This document shows positions 38,405 to 52,079 of a stretch of 64,000 nucleotides of DNA, in pieces; the stretch's first letter is position 1, and every line of letters starts with the position of its first letter. The DNA is from Felis catus (taxonomy: Eukaryota). Where the stretch lies: NCBI RefSeq assembly GCF_018350175.1, contig NC_058368.1:155312001-155376000 (forward strand). Reading direction: 5' to 3'. Under the pieces are notes generated by a model. The model did no database searches. It was not told the DNA's origin and saw only the letters and a list, made by a program, of their open reading frames with translations. The position numbers and the translations under genes were made by a program.

Positions 38405-38812
38405 TGTTTCAAGTTTTCATTTAAATTCTAGTTAACACATAGGGTAATAATTGGTTTTAGAAGTAGAACTTAGTGATTCATCACTTACATATTTCAATTC
38501 ATCACTTACATATGTAACACCCAGCATTCACCACAAATGCCCTCCTTAATGCCCACCATCACCCATTTAGCCCATCCCACACCCACCTCCATCAACCCTC
38601 AGTTTGTTCTCTATAGTTGAGTGTCTTATGGTTTGCTTCCCTCTTTTTTTCCCCTTCCCCTATGTTCATCTGTTTTGTTTCTTAAATTCCATGTATAAGT
38701 GAAATCATATGGTATTTGTCTTTCTCTGACTGACTTATTTCAATTAGCATAATACACTCTAGCTCCATCCATGTCAATGCAAATGGCATAATTTCATTCT
38801 TTTTGATGGCTC
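38405..38812 (-). mobile_element. 5'-truncated carnivore L1 3' UTR
   Basis: Same 3' UTR motifs as the element at 2067-2863; internal 17-bp duplication attcatcacttacatat at 38476-38492 and 38497-38513. Confidence 0.9.
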
Positions 38813-39408
38813 AAATTCTATTGCAGGTATGAATAGAAACAACCTAACATTGCCTTGCCTGCTGTTACAACTGTATTGTGGTTGTGTTTAGAAAAGGAGA
38901 TACAATAAATGATTATTAGCACAACTCTCAGAAGCACAAGTTTTTGCATTTTATTTCATTCAACATTTGATAAAAGCAATAAGCACCAAATTATATTTGG
39001 ACAAACCTTCCATAAATAATGTTTTCAAAGTATCACAAAGTCTAGAATGCAGATGTTAATTACAGAGTCAAATCAAAACCACCGTAGTTGCAATTAAAAC
39101 TAAAATATTTCACTTATGATTCTCATATTCATAGGAACAGATATTGGTTAATATTTCCAATAAATTTGAATACTTTATGCTTAGATATAATTATTTCAGC
39201 TGATCTGTTTCCACTTTTATATTTTAAAATCTTAGTGTATTCTGTATGAGTTGAACGTGGAATTTGCTTATTTTGAGGTACCCAGGTACACCTTGCCTTG
39301 TGATGAAAAATGCTTGGATACCTAGGAAAAAGGCCTAAATAAGAACGTGCTTGTAATTATAAAGGTCTTTTACTTCTGATTATACAGGCACTTTAAAACA
39401 CAGTTTTT

Positions 39409-39602
39409 GGGGTGCCTGGGTGGCTCAGTGAGTTAAGCACCCAACTTTGGCTCAGGTCATGATCTTACGGTTCCTGAGTTCGAGCCCCGCATCAAGCTCT
39501 GTACTGACAGAGACAGCTCTGTGCTCTCTCTGCCCCTCCCCACTTCATGCACGTGCGCACGCTCTCTCTCTCAAAAATAAATAAACATTAAAAAAAAATT
39601 TT
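39409..39602 (+). mobile_element. Can-SINE with internal deletion
   Basis: Standard head 'ggggtgcctgggtggctcag' and A tail. Confidence 0.93.
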
Positions 39603-42600
39603 AAACATGAAGTTTTTAAGACCTATGCTGATAGTGAAGTACAAGAATGCACATTTACGAATGCAACTGAATAATTCAGTTCATTGTCATGTGATCAGAT
39701 CTCATTGGTTCTAAGATGTATCCAATTAAAACAAGAAAAAGAAAAAAATGTCCCTTGGTGGCTTTGATCTAGAAGTAAAGGGTATATTACGTCCAGTAAA
39801 TAGGAAGCCAAGGATTACTTGAAGAAATAATATTACAGCTTTGTAGAATGACTGATGGTCTTTGCAAAGGTCCAGACTGGTTTCATCTTTCTTGAGATTT
39901 TACCACTGATTTGTTCTTAGTCATGTGCAGTCACTAAGGCCAGCAGAGGTAACAAGTGTTTGATGTATGATACTTGAGCCACTTTTGTCAGACTGCATTT
40001 ATTTTAAGCTATACTCATACTTGGTACTCTTCTACGTGTATGTTCTTGGGCTTTAGTTTTTTCTTGTTTCCAGCAATGCATCAAACAAATATTATAATAA
40101 CACTACCTTCTAAAAACTCTACAAAAGTAACGTACCTGCTTTCTTGCAAAGGATGCCTTTACATTGCAGATAAAATAAATGACTGTAGGGCAAGCACCTA
40201 ATGTAAGGACTTACTCTTTGTTTGTTGCCTTATTTGCACAGCTTACAACATATCCCTTACCTTTTAGCATATATTATCCGTTTCAATTCAATCCATTCTT
40301 TACAATCTGCAGCAAGCCACAGAAGTTCCCCAGTTAGTTGAAAGGAAATTTCAAGGGAGGAGGGGTGTGGAAAAACACATTTAATTTATGCTATTGAAAA
40401 GGGACTGTTCTAAATGGTTTCTGCGCACTTTTGCATCTTCTTACACACTACAAATCAGCTCAGATATCTTAATCAGTGGCTAGAAACATATCCTTATCAG
40501 TAACTTATTCATGAAAGATGGTATGTGTATGAGCTGCAAAATGTTTGGCAGAGGCCCAGGAATAAAAAAGAAAGAAAGAATATGGTAAAGAGTTGATGGA
40601 ATAGCTTTGTATTTCAACCCTATTCATTTTGGAAATTTTCTATCATCTGTTTGTTCTATTTCAAAGGATAATAGACAAACCAAAAGAACGTCAGATTTCT
40701 ATGGATTTGATTTCACCTATATATAGATACACTTCCTGTACAATGATCCAGAATGGAAGCATATCTGTACACAGTGGTGTATATGAGAACATATATACCT
40801 TGTCATGTCCCTTTCTAAATTTTCCTACTCATGGTATCACCTTATGCAAAGTTCAGCACTTTCCTGTTTTGACAGTCTAAGCGCTGTCTAAACATGATTT
40901 CACAAAATCAAGAGTAGTTCTTGACAATTGATTTCTACAGTCAATGGTCTTCACAAACTGGGCAACTCCCCTTGGAACTCAGGAGCCACAACAGCAGACT
41001 GTGTGCGTGAAGGAGCAAGACAATTCATTAGCCGACTCTGCAGCAGCTCAAAGTGGCGGGGGATGTCAGCCCCTGCTCTGGCGCTTCAATACTAATGAGA
41101 GTCATTGCATATTCATAACCCCAAATACAGTCAGCTTCTTGTAAAAACTTTTGTCACCCAGGCTTCATGGCAAGAGCAAAGCACTGCACAATCCGTGTCG
41201 TGGCACTTCCGCCAAGTGAGTGTAAGAGCAAGATTGATTGTTTTCCAACGTAGCCTGACACAGAACCAAAGGATGCTGCCCCAAGGGTCCTAAAATTCTA
41301 CTCAGTTTGATTGCAAAGCCCCAGATAATCAAAGAAACAAAAAGGAGGCAGTGGTAGTGAATGTATATGTCTATATATACATATAGCCACATATACACCA
41401 TATACAAAAAAAATTATAGAAGAATACTTGAAGCAAGGAATTTGGCTTATTGAGTGCTCCGAGTAATTATCTGGTAGGGATGTAAAACCACTCACATCAA
41501 TGTTGAAAGAATAGTGTGCCCCAGTAAACTTGTTCTTGAGTTGCAGAAACACCATGACATGTCTTAATAGAAACAGATTTCTAAAACTGTCTGAAGTTTC
41601 CCGTCATTATCAATACCAAAGCTTAGTGAACTGAACCTGTCAGCTCTGCCAAGTGTAGAGCAACCTGGAATCCAATTCCTCAGGCAGCTTTTTATGTTGT
41701 TGTCAGTGCCTCCCTTGCTTTATCATCATCATCATTATGATCAGTTTCCCAGAAGTGAGCCATTCAGTGTGCTTGCCAGGAAATCCTAAGGGGCCAGCAC
41801 ACCACCATTTGACCCCAAGATACCTGTCTGTTTGGGGCAGCTACCAGCATCCCCTGGAGTCAGAAAAAGGAAATGTATGTTTCAGCACCCACTTTGAAAA
41901 AGCCTTGAGCACTTTTTTCACTCGTAATGATGTCTTCAACTGGAATGCCAGCACACTTCCACATTTTTCTGACAGGCATACAGTCTATAAACTACCCATA
42001 AAAATTAAATAAAACAGGACAGTGAAAGAAAAGTTTCTAAATTTGATCACACTTGAGTTGTTAAAAGTTATTTCCAGATGCATAACATGTATAAATATCT
42101 GCATAGCTAAAGACAAATCAGGAATATTGGGAAGGTGGGGGGGGGGGATAGATGATGAGGTGTTGTGGGGGAAGGGGCTCACCAAACTGTTTTACATCTC
42201 AGTCACAGACAAAGCTTCGAAAATAGAAGGATTTGTGTTTATGATTGATTGAGGTAACTGATTATCCACAGATATTTTAAGTGTTGAGACATTAAATTGT
42301 CAGCTCTATCAGTTTGATTGCAGTAAAACATGAAAACATTGACTTTTGTCTAGTTAGAGAAATTTATTTTTCCCAGAATGACAATCCTTTAAGTAGAAGC
42401 CAGGCAGCTTGCCAGCTTTCCATGTCATACACTGAAGTTTGCAAATGCAACCCATATTTTCAAGTGTTTTTCAAGGTTCAATGAATGGTGCATAGGTCTT
42501 TTGCAAATAGTCTTGTAATAAACATATTCCTGCAGTATGTTTCCTTCTTTAAGCCTGAGAAAAGTATTAACTCACTTTGAAGAAAAAACAACAACAACAC

Positions 42601-44249
42601 TGTAGCTTTGTATTCATGTTACCAGTGCTCTCCAGCTATTCAAAGTATCTCTCAAAAAGAAAATAACCCTCTTTAGACCACCATGCTGTGAACAAGTTTG
42701 ATTAATATGTTTTATAAGCTTGAAATAAATGCTCATCATAACTGTCAGTTAGCTGACAGCTTTCAAAAGTCTTTGTTCTCAGAATGAGTAATTTGTCTGA
42801 TCTTTAACATACCATATTCCAGCTGAAAAGGAAGATATAACAATCAAGTAAATTCTACTAAAATTTGATTGCTGTTAAATCAGCCTTATATTCCAGATCC
42901 TTGCAGGTACTATATGTATGCACACTACTTTACAAAATAAAAATACTATACCTTATTTGTTATTACTTGTCAGAACACCTGTGCTTTTCACTGGGCAGAA
43001 TTGTGGTTCCAGTGTTAAAAATCCAGTCCATTAAGAGAATCAAAAATGTCAGATACAGTCAATCCTTTTAATAAAATATGTGACTGGGAAATCATCACTA
43101 GGCCTCAGGATTTAAATGAAAACACCAATCAAAAGACAGACGTGACCATTACTCTACTGAAATACCAACATGTCTGTATTTGCTGCATATTTTCCAAGCA
43201 TTTATAATGGCAAGTAAAATACAGAATGTTCTAAAGGCCAGCACACCACTGGCCCTTCCATGTCTGAATTCTGCAGACAGCAATAGATAATACCTGGAAC
43301 ACAGAGGGTCCCTGCACAGCTAAGCAAGGCTACACCAACTACATTAACACTTCTTCCTGACTCAGCCAACCACCTCGTGTTGTGGAGCACCAGATCTGGC
43401 TGCTCTTCTCATCCCATCTCAGAGAGTAACGACTATTGTAAGTGGTCATTCAATTATATTCTTCTCTTGCTTTATTCCCACCACCACTGATGTTTCACTC
43501 TTTTTCTGGGACAGAGCCTGTTTATATGCCGCCTAAATTGTTCCTTTTGTCAACAAGCTTTCCTCCTCAAGTTAGCTGCACCTATTCTCATACCAGGTCC
43601 ACAGAGATTAAAATTATAGATTGTTTTCCATTTAACATCTTTTTTTTTTACTTACGTTTTTCCTAATTTCTAAAAAAGGGCCATTTTTGTAACGATTGTG
43701 TTTTTTACCCCTGCATCACCTTTGTTCATAAGAAGTCATTTTTCATTTCATTATTTTCCAAATTGCCCAAAAGCCACAGCTCCTGTACATACAATCATCT
43801 GTACATTGTAAGCATTACTGTTGTTCTTATTCATTTTGATGTACCCATTATTAAACTTTTAATGAGGTTCATTTTCATTCTTTATCTGCTCTCTATGCTA
43901 TAACTACCCCTTATAATTTCTAATGGACTGTGGAAGTTTTGAAACAATGTTCTTTCATGTCTTGTATACAAACTTCCCCACTTGTGTTATTTCTCATTAT
44001 TATTGGTTGCCAGCCACATTTATTCTGATGAAGACAATGTTCAGGCTGCAAGCAAACATTGCCTTATTGTGACTAGGCTTGGGATGGGTGATTGGTCTCA
44101 CATCTATCTTTTCTTTTTGATTCATGGCACTCAATAAACAGGTCTCTTTTCTTTTTAAGTGCTGGATATTAAACACACTTAGTTCAGGTAAATTATGCTG
44201 ATTGGGCTGAAAATTCAGATGAGCTTCATCCTGGCTTTTTGTCTGGTTT

Positions 44250-44510
44250 AAAACTCCTCTTCTTCATGACTTAGATTATTGTCTCTTCCAGGAAGCCTTC
44301 TCTACCCCCAAAGTAGGGTTAGATGTTTTTCCTGTGTGCTTACTCATGTTTCAGCATTTAATACACAGTATTAAAATCATCTGTATATTTATCTCTCAAC
44401 TAGATGGCAATCTCCTTGAAGATGGTGTGTCAAACTCATCATTGTACCCTCAATGGTGGCATCATGGCTGGAACATACTAAGTACCACATAATTTGTTTG
44501 GCATACGTGA
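44250..44510 (+). mobile_element. L2 3' end
   Basis: 'tcttccaggaagccttctct...actagatggcaatctccttgaag...tggctggaacatactaagt'. Confidence 0.7.
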
Positions 44511-44721
44511 ATAATCAGATCAAGCTTTTAAAAATCAGAAAGAGAACTATAGTCTTTTTTTAAAAAAGGAGAGTAATTTAGATTGTAGAACTTTTCTTAT
44601 CTCCTATCACATACTCATACACACTGACATGCCATGTCACTGATGTTTTCTATCATTTCAACAGTCCTCCCACTCCTAGGTTTTCATTTTAAGGGTGATC
44701 AGAAGTTTTGTTTTTGTGCTT

Positions 44722-44939
44722 TTTATTTTTTTAATGTTTATTTATTTTTGAGAGAGAGAGAGAGAGAGACAGTGTGAGTGGGAGAGGCAGAGAGAGAGAG
44801 GGAGACACAGAATCAGAAGCAGGCTCCAGGTTCTGAGCTGTCAGCACAGAGCCCGACACACGGCTTGAACTCACCAACTGTGAGATCGTGACCTGAGCCA
44901 AAGTCAGATGCTTAACCGACTGAGCCACCCAGGCACTCC
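44722..44939 (-). mobile_element. Can-SINE inserted in the tail of an L1 fragment
   Basis: Reverse-complement SINE with (GA)n tract. Confidence 0.95.
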
Positions 44940-44940
44940 T

Positions 44941-45137
44941 CAAATTTTTATTTACATTCTAGTTAGTTAACATAATGTGCAATACTGGCTTCAGGTATAA
45001 TTTAGTGATTCATCACTTACATACAGCACCCAGTGCTCATCACAAGTGTCCACCTTAATACTTATCACCCATCTAACCCATCTTCCACACACCTCCGTCC
45101 ATCAACCCTCAGTTTGTTCCCTATCATTACGAGTCTC
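44941..45137 (-). mobile_element. Carnivore L1 3' end fragment
   Basis: 'tagttaacata...gattcatcacttacatacagcacccagtgctcatc'. Confidence 0.88.
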
Positions 45138-45609
45138 TGACCTGGACAATTTCTTCACCAACTTTTTAGGATCAAATAGCATCATCTTTGCCCACTATCC
45201 TCTCCAAAGAGTTGAAGTATTTCTTGCCTCTGGTTCTGAATTCTAAGAAGAGAAACTCAGAATGCTGCTAAAATTTCTTCCAAGACCTAACCCAGAACAG
45301 CCAGTGTAGCCCTCCAACAAAGTAAAAAGAAGAGGCCTTTAAGGCAACTGGCACACCACTGCAGATTTCAAGAATACCTCTGATCCCAGCAGTATGAATA
45401 GCTAAGGGAGAAACTGGTGACCTGGAAATTGGTCATCCCAATTTAAATTTTCAGAGTTTCCTTGGCCAATATCTGAACCATCATATAAAATGATTTCCAA
45501 TAAGATCACTGTCACTGAGCTTCATAATTTACAACCTGGTTCTTTTAGAGTATAGAAAACAAAATTCTTAAACCAGAGAATATTTTCCTTTGTATAAAGA
45601 AAAGCATCA

Positions 45610-45790
45610 CATATAGAGATAAATCTGGGCTCAAGTAATGACTATGCAACTTGCTACATGAATCTGGAGTAATAATTTAAAACCGTCTGAGCCTCAGCTT
45701 ACCCTTTGTTGTGAGGATTAAATAAATAACAACACAATGTGCCTTTAATATTACCCACTATGCTGTTAGTGCTCAATAAATAGCAGTGAT
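45610..45790 (+). mobile_element. MIR fragment
   Basis: 'tctgagcctcag...ttgttgtgaggattaaat...gtgctcaataaa'. Confidence 0.7.
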
Positions 45791-45794
45791 AATA

Positions 45795-46011
45795 TTTATT
45801 TTTTTTAATTTTGAGAGAGAGAGAGAGAGAGAGAAAGAGCGCGCGCACACACACAAGTGGGGGAAAGGGGCAGAGGGAGAAAGAGAATCCCAAGCAGGTT
45901 CCACACTAAGCACACAGCCCAAAGCTGGGCTTGATCCCATGACCCTGGGATCATGACCTGAGCTGAAACCAAGAGTTGGACACTCAAACGACTGAGGTAC
46001 CCAGGCATTCC
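45795..46011 (-). mobile_element. Older Can-SINE
   Basis: Reverse-complement SINE ending 'cccaggcattcc'. Confidence 0.92.
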
Positions 46012-46043
46012 AGTAGTCATAATTTTTTTAAGGTTCTTTATAA

Positions 46044-46265
46044 CAGGGGTTAGCAAGCTAGAGCCTGCAGGCCAAATGTGCTCACCACCTATTTTTATAA
46101 ATAAAGCTTTACTGGAACGCAGCCACAGTCCTGTTTACATATTGTCTATGACTACTTCTGTGCTATAACAACAGAGTTAAGTACCAGAGAGAAAAATGAC
46201 AAAGTTACAACAGATATATTGCACAAAACCTAAAATATTTACTATCTGGGCCTTTACAGAAAACC
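46044..46265. mobile_element. MER58A-like hAT-Charlie element
   Basis: 'caggggttagcaagct...ataaagctttactggaacgcagccac...aaaatatttactatctgggcctttacagaaaa'. Confidence 0.85.
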
Positions 46266-48847
46266 TATAACACAGATTTCACTACAACTTCTAAAGTAAA
46301 ACATTCTCTCTTTTTAGAACATGAATAAACCAGATAAGCTTCCTTGGCTTTCTGTTCATGGGGTCCAAAATCAGCCAACAAGATAGACCAAAACTGTTTT
46401 CATAGGGTGAAAAAAAGTTAATATCATTTGGATGATTTTCAATATACTTAAAACTGTTACTAAATGCAGTATATTAAGTTTCATAAGCAAAATGGCTAAT
46501 CTCATGGCCCTTTCTCTTCATCTATCCTCCATAGTGACTAGACATAGCTAAAAATAATGATAGGGATGGCTAAGCAAAATAATATGCAAAATACAACTCT
46601 TCATAACAACCTGAGAGCTTAAGTGTGCTACTTGTATAGCTCTATTTTAGGCTTAACCAAGACAGGAAGGCAGATGCATTAGTCTAGGTTTTCAAAAAAA
46701 AAAACAGAACAAATAAATGAAAGAGAAAAGATTTAATATAATGAATTGACCTGAAAGGTCCCAAGATCTGTAGTCAGCAAGCGTCGACTCAGGAGAGCCA
46801 ACAGTGTTCCAGTCCAAGTCCGAAGGCCTAAGAACCAGGAGAACCAATGGTATAAGTTCTAGTCTGAAAGCCAGCAGGTTTGAGACCCAAGAAGAGAGAG
46901 CCAATTTCTCATATTCAGTCTCAAAAGGAAAAGATCTATGTGCCAACTTAAGCAGTCAGGCAGAATGAGCCCCTTCTTACTCATCTTTTTCGTTCCATTC
47001 ATATCTTCAACTGATTAGGTGAGGACCACCCAAACTAGGGAGCACAGTCTTTCTTATCCAAGTATAAATAACATACAGTATTATACTAGGCTCAGGTGTA
47101 TATTATAGCGATTCAACAATTCTATACATTTCTCAGGGCTCTTCAAGATAAGTGTATTCTTAATCCCCTTCCTCCATTTCATCCATATTCCCACCCATTT
47201 CCCCTCTGACAACCATGTTTGTCCTCTATATTTAGGAGTCTGGGATGTTTTTGCTGTGTTTTTTTTTTTCTTTGTTTTCTTTTGTGTCTCTTTTTGCTTG
47301 TTTATTCCTTTGTTTTGTTTCTTACGTTCCACATGAGTGAAGTCATATGGTATTTGTCTTTCTCTGAATTACTTTACTTAGCATTATCTAGATCCATCCA
47401 TGTTGCCGCAAATGACAAGATTTCACTTTTTTATAGCTAAAATTCCATTTTATATACACATATCACCTTCTTTATACATTCATCTATCAATGAATACTTG
47501 GGTTGCTTCTCCATATCAGTTATTGTGAACAATGCTGAAATACAAATACAGGTGTATATGTCTTTTCAAGTTAGTGTTTTTATATTCCTTGGGTAAATAT
47601 CAGTAGTGGAATTACTGGATCATATGGTGATTCTATTTTTCATTTTTTGGAGGAATCTCTATACTGTTTTCCACAGTAGCTATACCAGTTTACATTCCTA
47701 CCAACAGTGCACAAGGATTCCTTTTTCTCTGCATCCTCATCAACACTTGTTGTCTTTTGCGTTTCTGATTTTAGCCTTTCCGACACGTGTAAGATTTCTC
47801 ATTCTGGTGTGACTTAAATTTCCCTGATGATTAGTGATGTTGAGCATCTTTTCACACATCTGTTGGCCACCTACATGTCTTCTTTGGAGAAATGTTCATA
47901 TTTTCTGCCTATTTTTAATTGGATTATTTGGGTTTTTTTGGGTTTCTGAGTTGTATAAGCTCTTTAAATATTTTGGATACTAATCTTTTACTAGATATGT
48001 CATTTACAAATACCTTTTCCCATTCAGTAGTTGTCTTTTAGTTTTGTTGACTGTTTCCTCTGCTGTGCAGAAGCTTTTGACATAGTCTCAATAGTTTATT
48101 TTTACTTATGTTTCTCTTACCTCAGGAAACAGATCTAGAAAAATGTTGTTAAGACCAATGTCAGAGAAATTACTGCCTGTGCTCTCTTCTAAGATTTTAT
48201 GGTTTCAGGGCTTATATTTAGGTTTTTAATCTCTTTAGAGTTTATTTTTGTGTATGGTGTAAGAAAGTGGCCCAGTTTCTTTTGCATGTAGCGGTCTAGT
48301 TTTCTCAACACCATTTGTTGAAGAGACTATCTTTTTTCCACTGCATATTCCTGCCTCCTTTATCATAGATTAATTGATCATACAATCATGAGTTTGTTTC
48401 TGGACTCAATTCTGTTCCACTGATCCACAAGTCTATTTTTGTGTCAGTACCATACTGTTTCAATTACTAAAACTTTGTAATATATCTTGAAATCTGGAAT
48501 TGTGGTCCCTCCAGCTTTGTTCTTCTTTCTCAAGACTGCTTTAGCTATTTGGGGTCTTTTGTAGTTCTACACAAATTTTAGGATTATTTGATCTAGTTCT
48601 GTGAAAAAATGCTGTTGGCATTTTTATAAGGATTGAATTAACTCTATAGGTTGCTTTGGGTAATATGGACATTTAAAAAATATTGGTTCTTCCAACCCAT
48701 GAGAATGGAATATCTTTCCATTTGTTTGTGTCACTTCAATTCCTTTCATCAATATTTTATAGTTTTCAGAGTACATATCTTTCATTTCCTTGGTTAAGTT
48801 TATTCCTAGATATTTTATTATTTTTGATGTAATTATAACTGAGATTC

Positions 48848-49057
48848 TTTTATTTTTTTTTAATATTTATTTTATTTTTGAGAGACAGAGCATGAGCAGG
48901 GGAGGGGCAAAGAGAGAGGAAGACACGGAATTTGAAGCAGGTTCCAGCTTCTGAGCTGTCAGCACAGAGCCCAACAAAGGGCCCAAACCCACGAACCACA
49001 AGGTCATGACCTGAGCTGAAGTTGGACCCTTAACCAATTGAGCCACCCAGGCGTCCC
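48848..49057 (-). mobile_element. Can-SINE nested in L1
   Basis: Reverse-complement SINE ending 'ccacccaggcgtccc'. Confidence 0.94.
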
Positions 49058-49882
49058 AAGTGGGATTATTTTCTTAATTTCTCTTTCTGCTAATTCATTA
49101 TTAGTGTATAGAAATGCAAAAGATTTATATATGTTAATTTGTATTCTACTACTTGGCTCAATTCATTTATCTTTTAGTAGTTTTTTGGTGGAGTCTTTAG
49201 GGTTTTCTTATATATATCATGTCATCTGCAAATATTGGTACTTCTTACCAATCTATATGCTTTTGATTTCTTTTTCTTGTCTGATTGCTGTGGTTAGGAC
49301 TTCCAGTACTTTGTTGAATAAAAGCAATGAGAGTACACATGCTTATCTTGTTCCTGACCCTAGAGGAAAAGCTCTTGGTTTTTCACCATTGAGTTGGACA
49401 TTAACTATGGGTTTTACATATATAGCCTTTATTATGTTGATGTATTTTCCCTCTAAACCTACTTTAAGAATAATTATCATGAATTAATGTTGTACTTTGT
49501 CAAGTGCTTTTTCTGCATCTGTTGATACGATCATAGGATTTTTATTCTTTCTCTTATTAATGTAATTGATCACATTGTTTGATTTGTGAATATTGAATCA
49601 TGCCTGTACCTCTGGAATAAATTCCCCTTGATTGTAGTGAATGATGTTTTAATGCATTGTTACATTTGGTTTGCTAATATTTTGCTGAGGAGTTTTGCAT
49701 CTATGTTCATCAAAAATATTAGCCTGTAGTTTTGTTTTGGTTTTTGTAGTCTCTTTATCTGGTTTTGGTATCAGGGTAATGCTGGCCTTGTAGAAGAAAT
49801 TTGGAAGCTTTCCTTCTTCTTTTACTTTTGGCAGTAGCTTGAGAAGAACAGGTATTAACTCTCCTTTAAATGTTTGAATGAC

Positions 49883-49911
49883 GTGCTCGCTTCGGCAGCA
49901 CATATACTAAA
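49883..49911 (+). pseudogene. RNU6: U6 snRNA 5' fragment (nt 1-29), tailless retrocopy with 15-bp TSD
   Basis: GTGCTCGCTTCGGCAGCACATATACTAAA equals the U6 5' end; flanked by taaatgtttgaatga at 49867-49881 and 49908-49922. Confidence 0.93.
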
Positions 49912-52079
49912 TGTTTGAATGAATCCACCCATGTAGCCATCTGATAGTGGACTTTTGTTTGCTGGCAGTTTTTGGATTACTGATAAAATTTCACTGCTAG
50001 CAATCCGTGTGTTCAAATATTCTATTTCTTCCTGATTCAGTTTTGGAAGGTAATGTTTCTAGGAATTCATTCACTTCTAGATTGTCCAATTTGTCAGCAA
50101 ATAATTTTTCACAATATTCTCTTATAATCCTTTGTATTTTTCTGTGGTGTCAGTTGTTACGTTTCTTCCTTTATTTCTGACTTCATTTAGTTGAGTCCTC
50201 TCTTCTTTTTTTGATGAGTCTGGCTAAAGGTTTATCAATTTTGTTGATCTTTTAAGAAAAACCAGACAGCTATCTTTTTTACCCAGTCTATCAATTCAAA
50301 TGTTAATCTCAATCATAAAGAGCCCTCACATACACCCAGAACGTTCAACCAAATATCTGGGAATCTCGTGACCAGTCAAATTGACACATAAAATTAACCA
50401 TTACAGAAGGCAAGCAGCTGAGAACTAATACTTCTATCAAGTAGAAAATATAGAATTTTCATATACATAATATATTCTGTAAAAACATTTTTGTTGCTGC
50501 TACATAAATGGATACACAATTAGGATTTTAAAAATTACTTATATGAAATATCTAAGGGAGCAATTTTACACACTGGAAAACTAGGATTCAATGTGAGAAT
50601 TAGTTCCTGAAACTACATTATGTAAATAAGCATATTTATGACAGAAGGTAAAATTTATCCAGGACTTCTTGAAAATAATGGGTTATTGTAAAGCTAGACA
50701 ACCCTCATTTCTTGTAAGCATCACAAAGTAGACCATACCAAACACTCTCATCAGACACAAAAAGAGTCTATCTTTAACCAAAATATTCTTTCTTTCAACT
50801 AACACTCCAAATACCTTGATAGCTGTAAAGACCTAGATACAGTTACAATGCAGATCACTTTAGCTTTCTCCTTCTTTGCTATAATAACTCAGTAGGAAAA
50901 TGTGTTTTAACCTTGTAAAATACTAACACACAAAACCATTCATTAACCATATTTTCCTAAAGTTCACCTCCTAATGTGTTTATTAAACCTAAAATTTCTT
51001 CACCTTTACTTAAGAAATAATGATAAGGTATTATGATTAGTGAAACTAATCAATTACAGACAATTTATTGTAAATATCATCTCTTTATAAAATAATTTTA
51101 TTGTAAATCTTACACATTATAAAAATCAAGAGTAAGTGCTTCTACAGAATTACAGTGTTTTCTGCTCTACTGCTTTGAAAACAGTAGAGTAAACACAAGC
51201 TAAGAAATTCTATTTCCAGAGGCCTGTTGGCATCACTGATTATTGTTTTGCATAAACAAGGAGATACCTATTAGAGCTGTGTACTAAAACCAAATATCAA
51301 ATTGCTGGAGTGGGAGGCATCTAAAGGAAACAACTTTTTAAAGACCCTTTGCCTTACCTCTGTTCATCACCAAAAATAAATAAAAGACAAAATATCGTGT
51401 CTATATTTCTGGGTGATTAGTGGTCCAACCTGAAATATCAACAGATAGTTCTGATAGATCATTGAAAGTGTTGTGAGTAGAGTAGTAACCTCAAAAAAAC
51501 TTGCTTTGCAGTCTGTCAAGATCTGCAAAGCACATTCTAAATACAAATGTTCATTTTATAACTCTTTTTTGGAATTTAAGTTAGGAATGGATGACTCTGC
51601 ATGAGGATCATGCATATCCTAAAGTTTTTAATGTATGAATTTAGAAAAACCCAAAACACATTTGGCTAAAGTTTATTTAAAGCCATTTCTCAAAATATGT
51701 ATGCTCTAGGTATACTTCAAAATCAATTTATTTCATGTGTTTCTAACTCATGTACCCTTTGCTCATCCAAAGTTTATTTTTTATAAGAGTTCTTCTCTAC
51801 AATGCTTTATGAGGTTTGGTTTTATAACACTTTGAAACATTCTTATTTTGAAGGGAGAAAATTGCTCGGAAAACTTGTATTTCAAAATTACTAATTACTA
51901 ATTTGAAAACTTATATTCAAAATTACTGATTACTAATTACTAATCAAAATAAACAAAGTCCACAGTTGGCAAAATAGTTCTAAACTCTCAACCAACTTTT
52001 TTTAAACATTTTTTTATAACTCTACAGGTCCAGATACAAATACAACATAACTAAATGAGATGTATCATCATCATGTAGG

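Larger units (their letters stand above)
47056..50265 (-). mobile_element. 5'-truncated carnivore L1 (~3 kb, degenerate ORF2 RT to 3' UTR)
   Basis: Continuous reverse-complement ORF2 and 3' UTR motifs; ORF 49649-49903 gives [12 protein letters not shown]...[18 protein letters not shown]. Confidence 0.95.
46675..50405 (-). mobile_element. ERVL solo LTR (MLT2B-like) split by an L1 (pieces 46675-47055 and 50266-50405)
   Basis: Begins 'tgcattagtctaggttttc'; contains 'ccagtccaagtccgaaggcctaagaaccagg'; resumes after the L1 with 'ttcaaatgttaatctc...ttgacacataaaattaaccattaca'. Confidence 0.85.
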
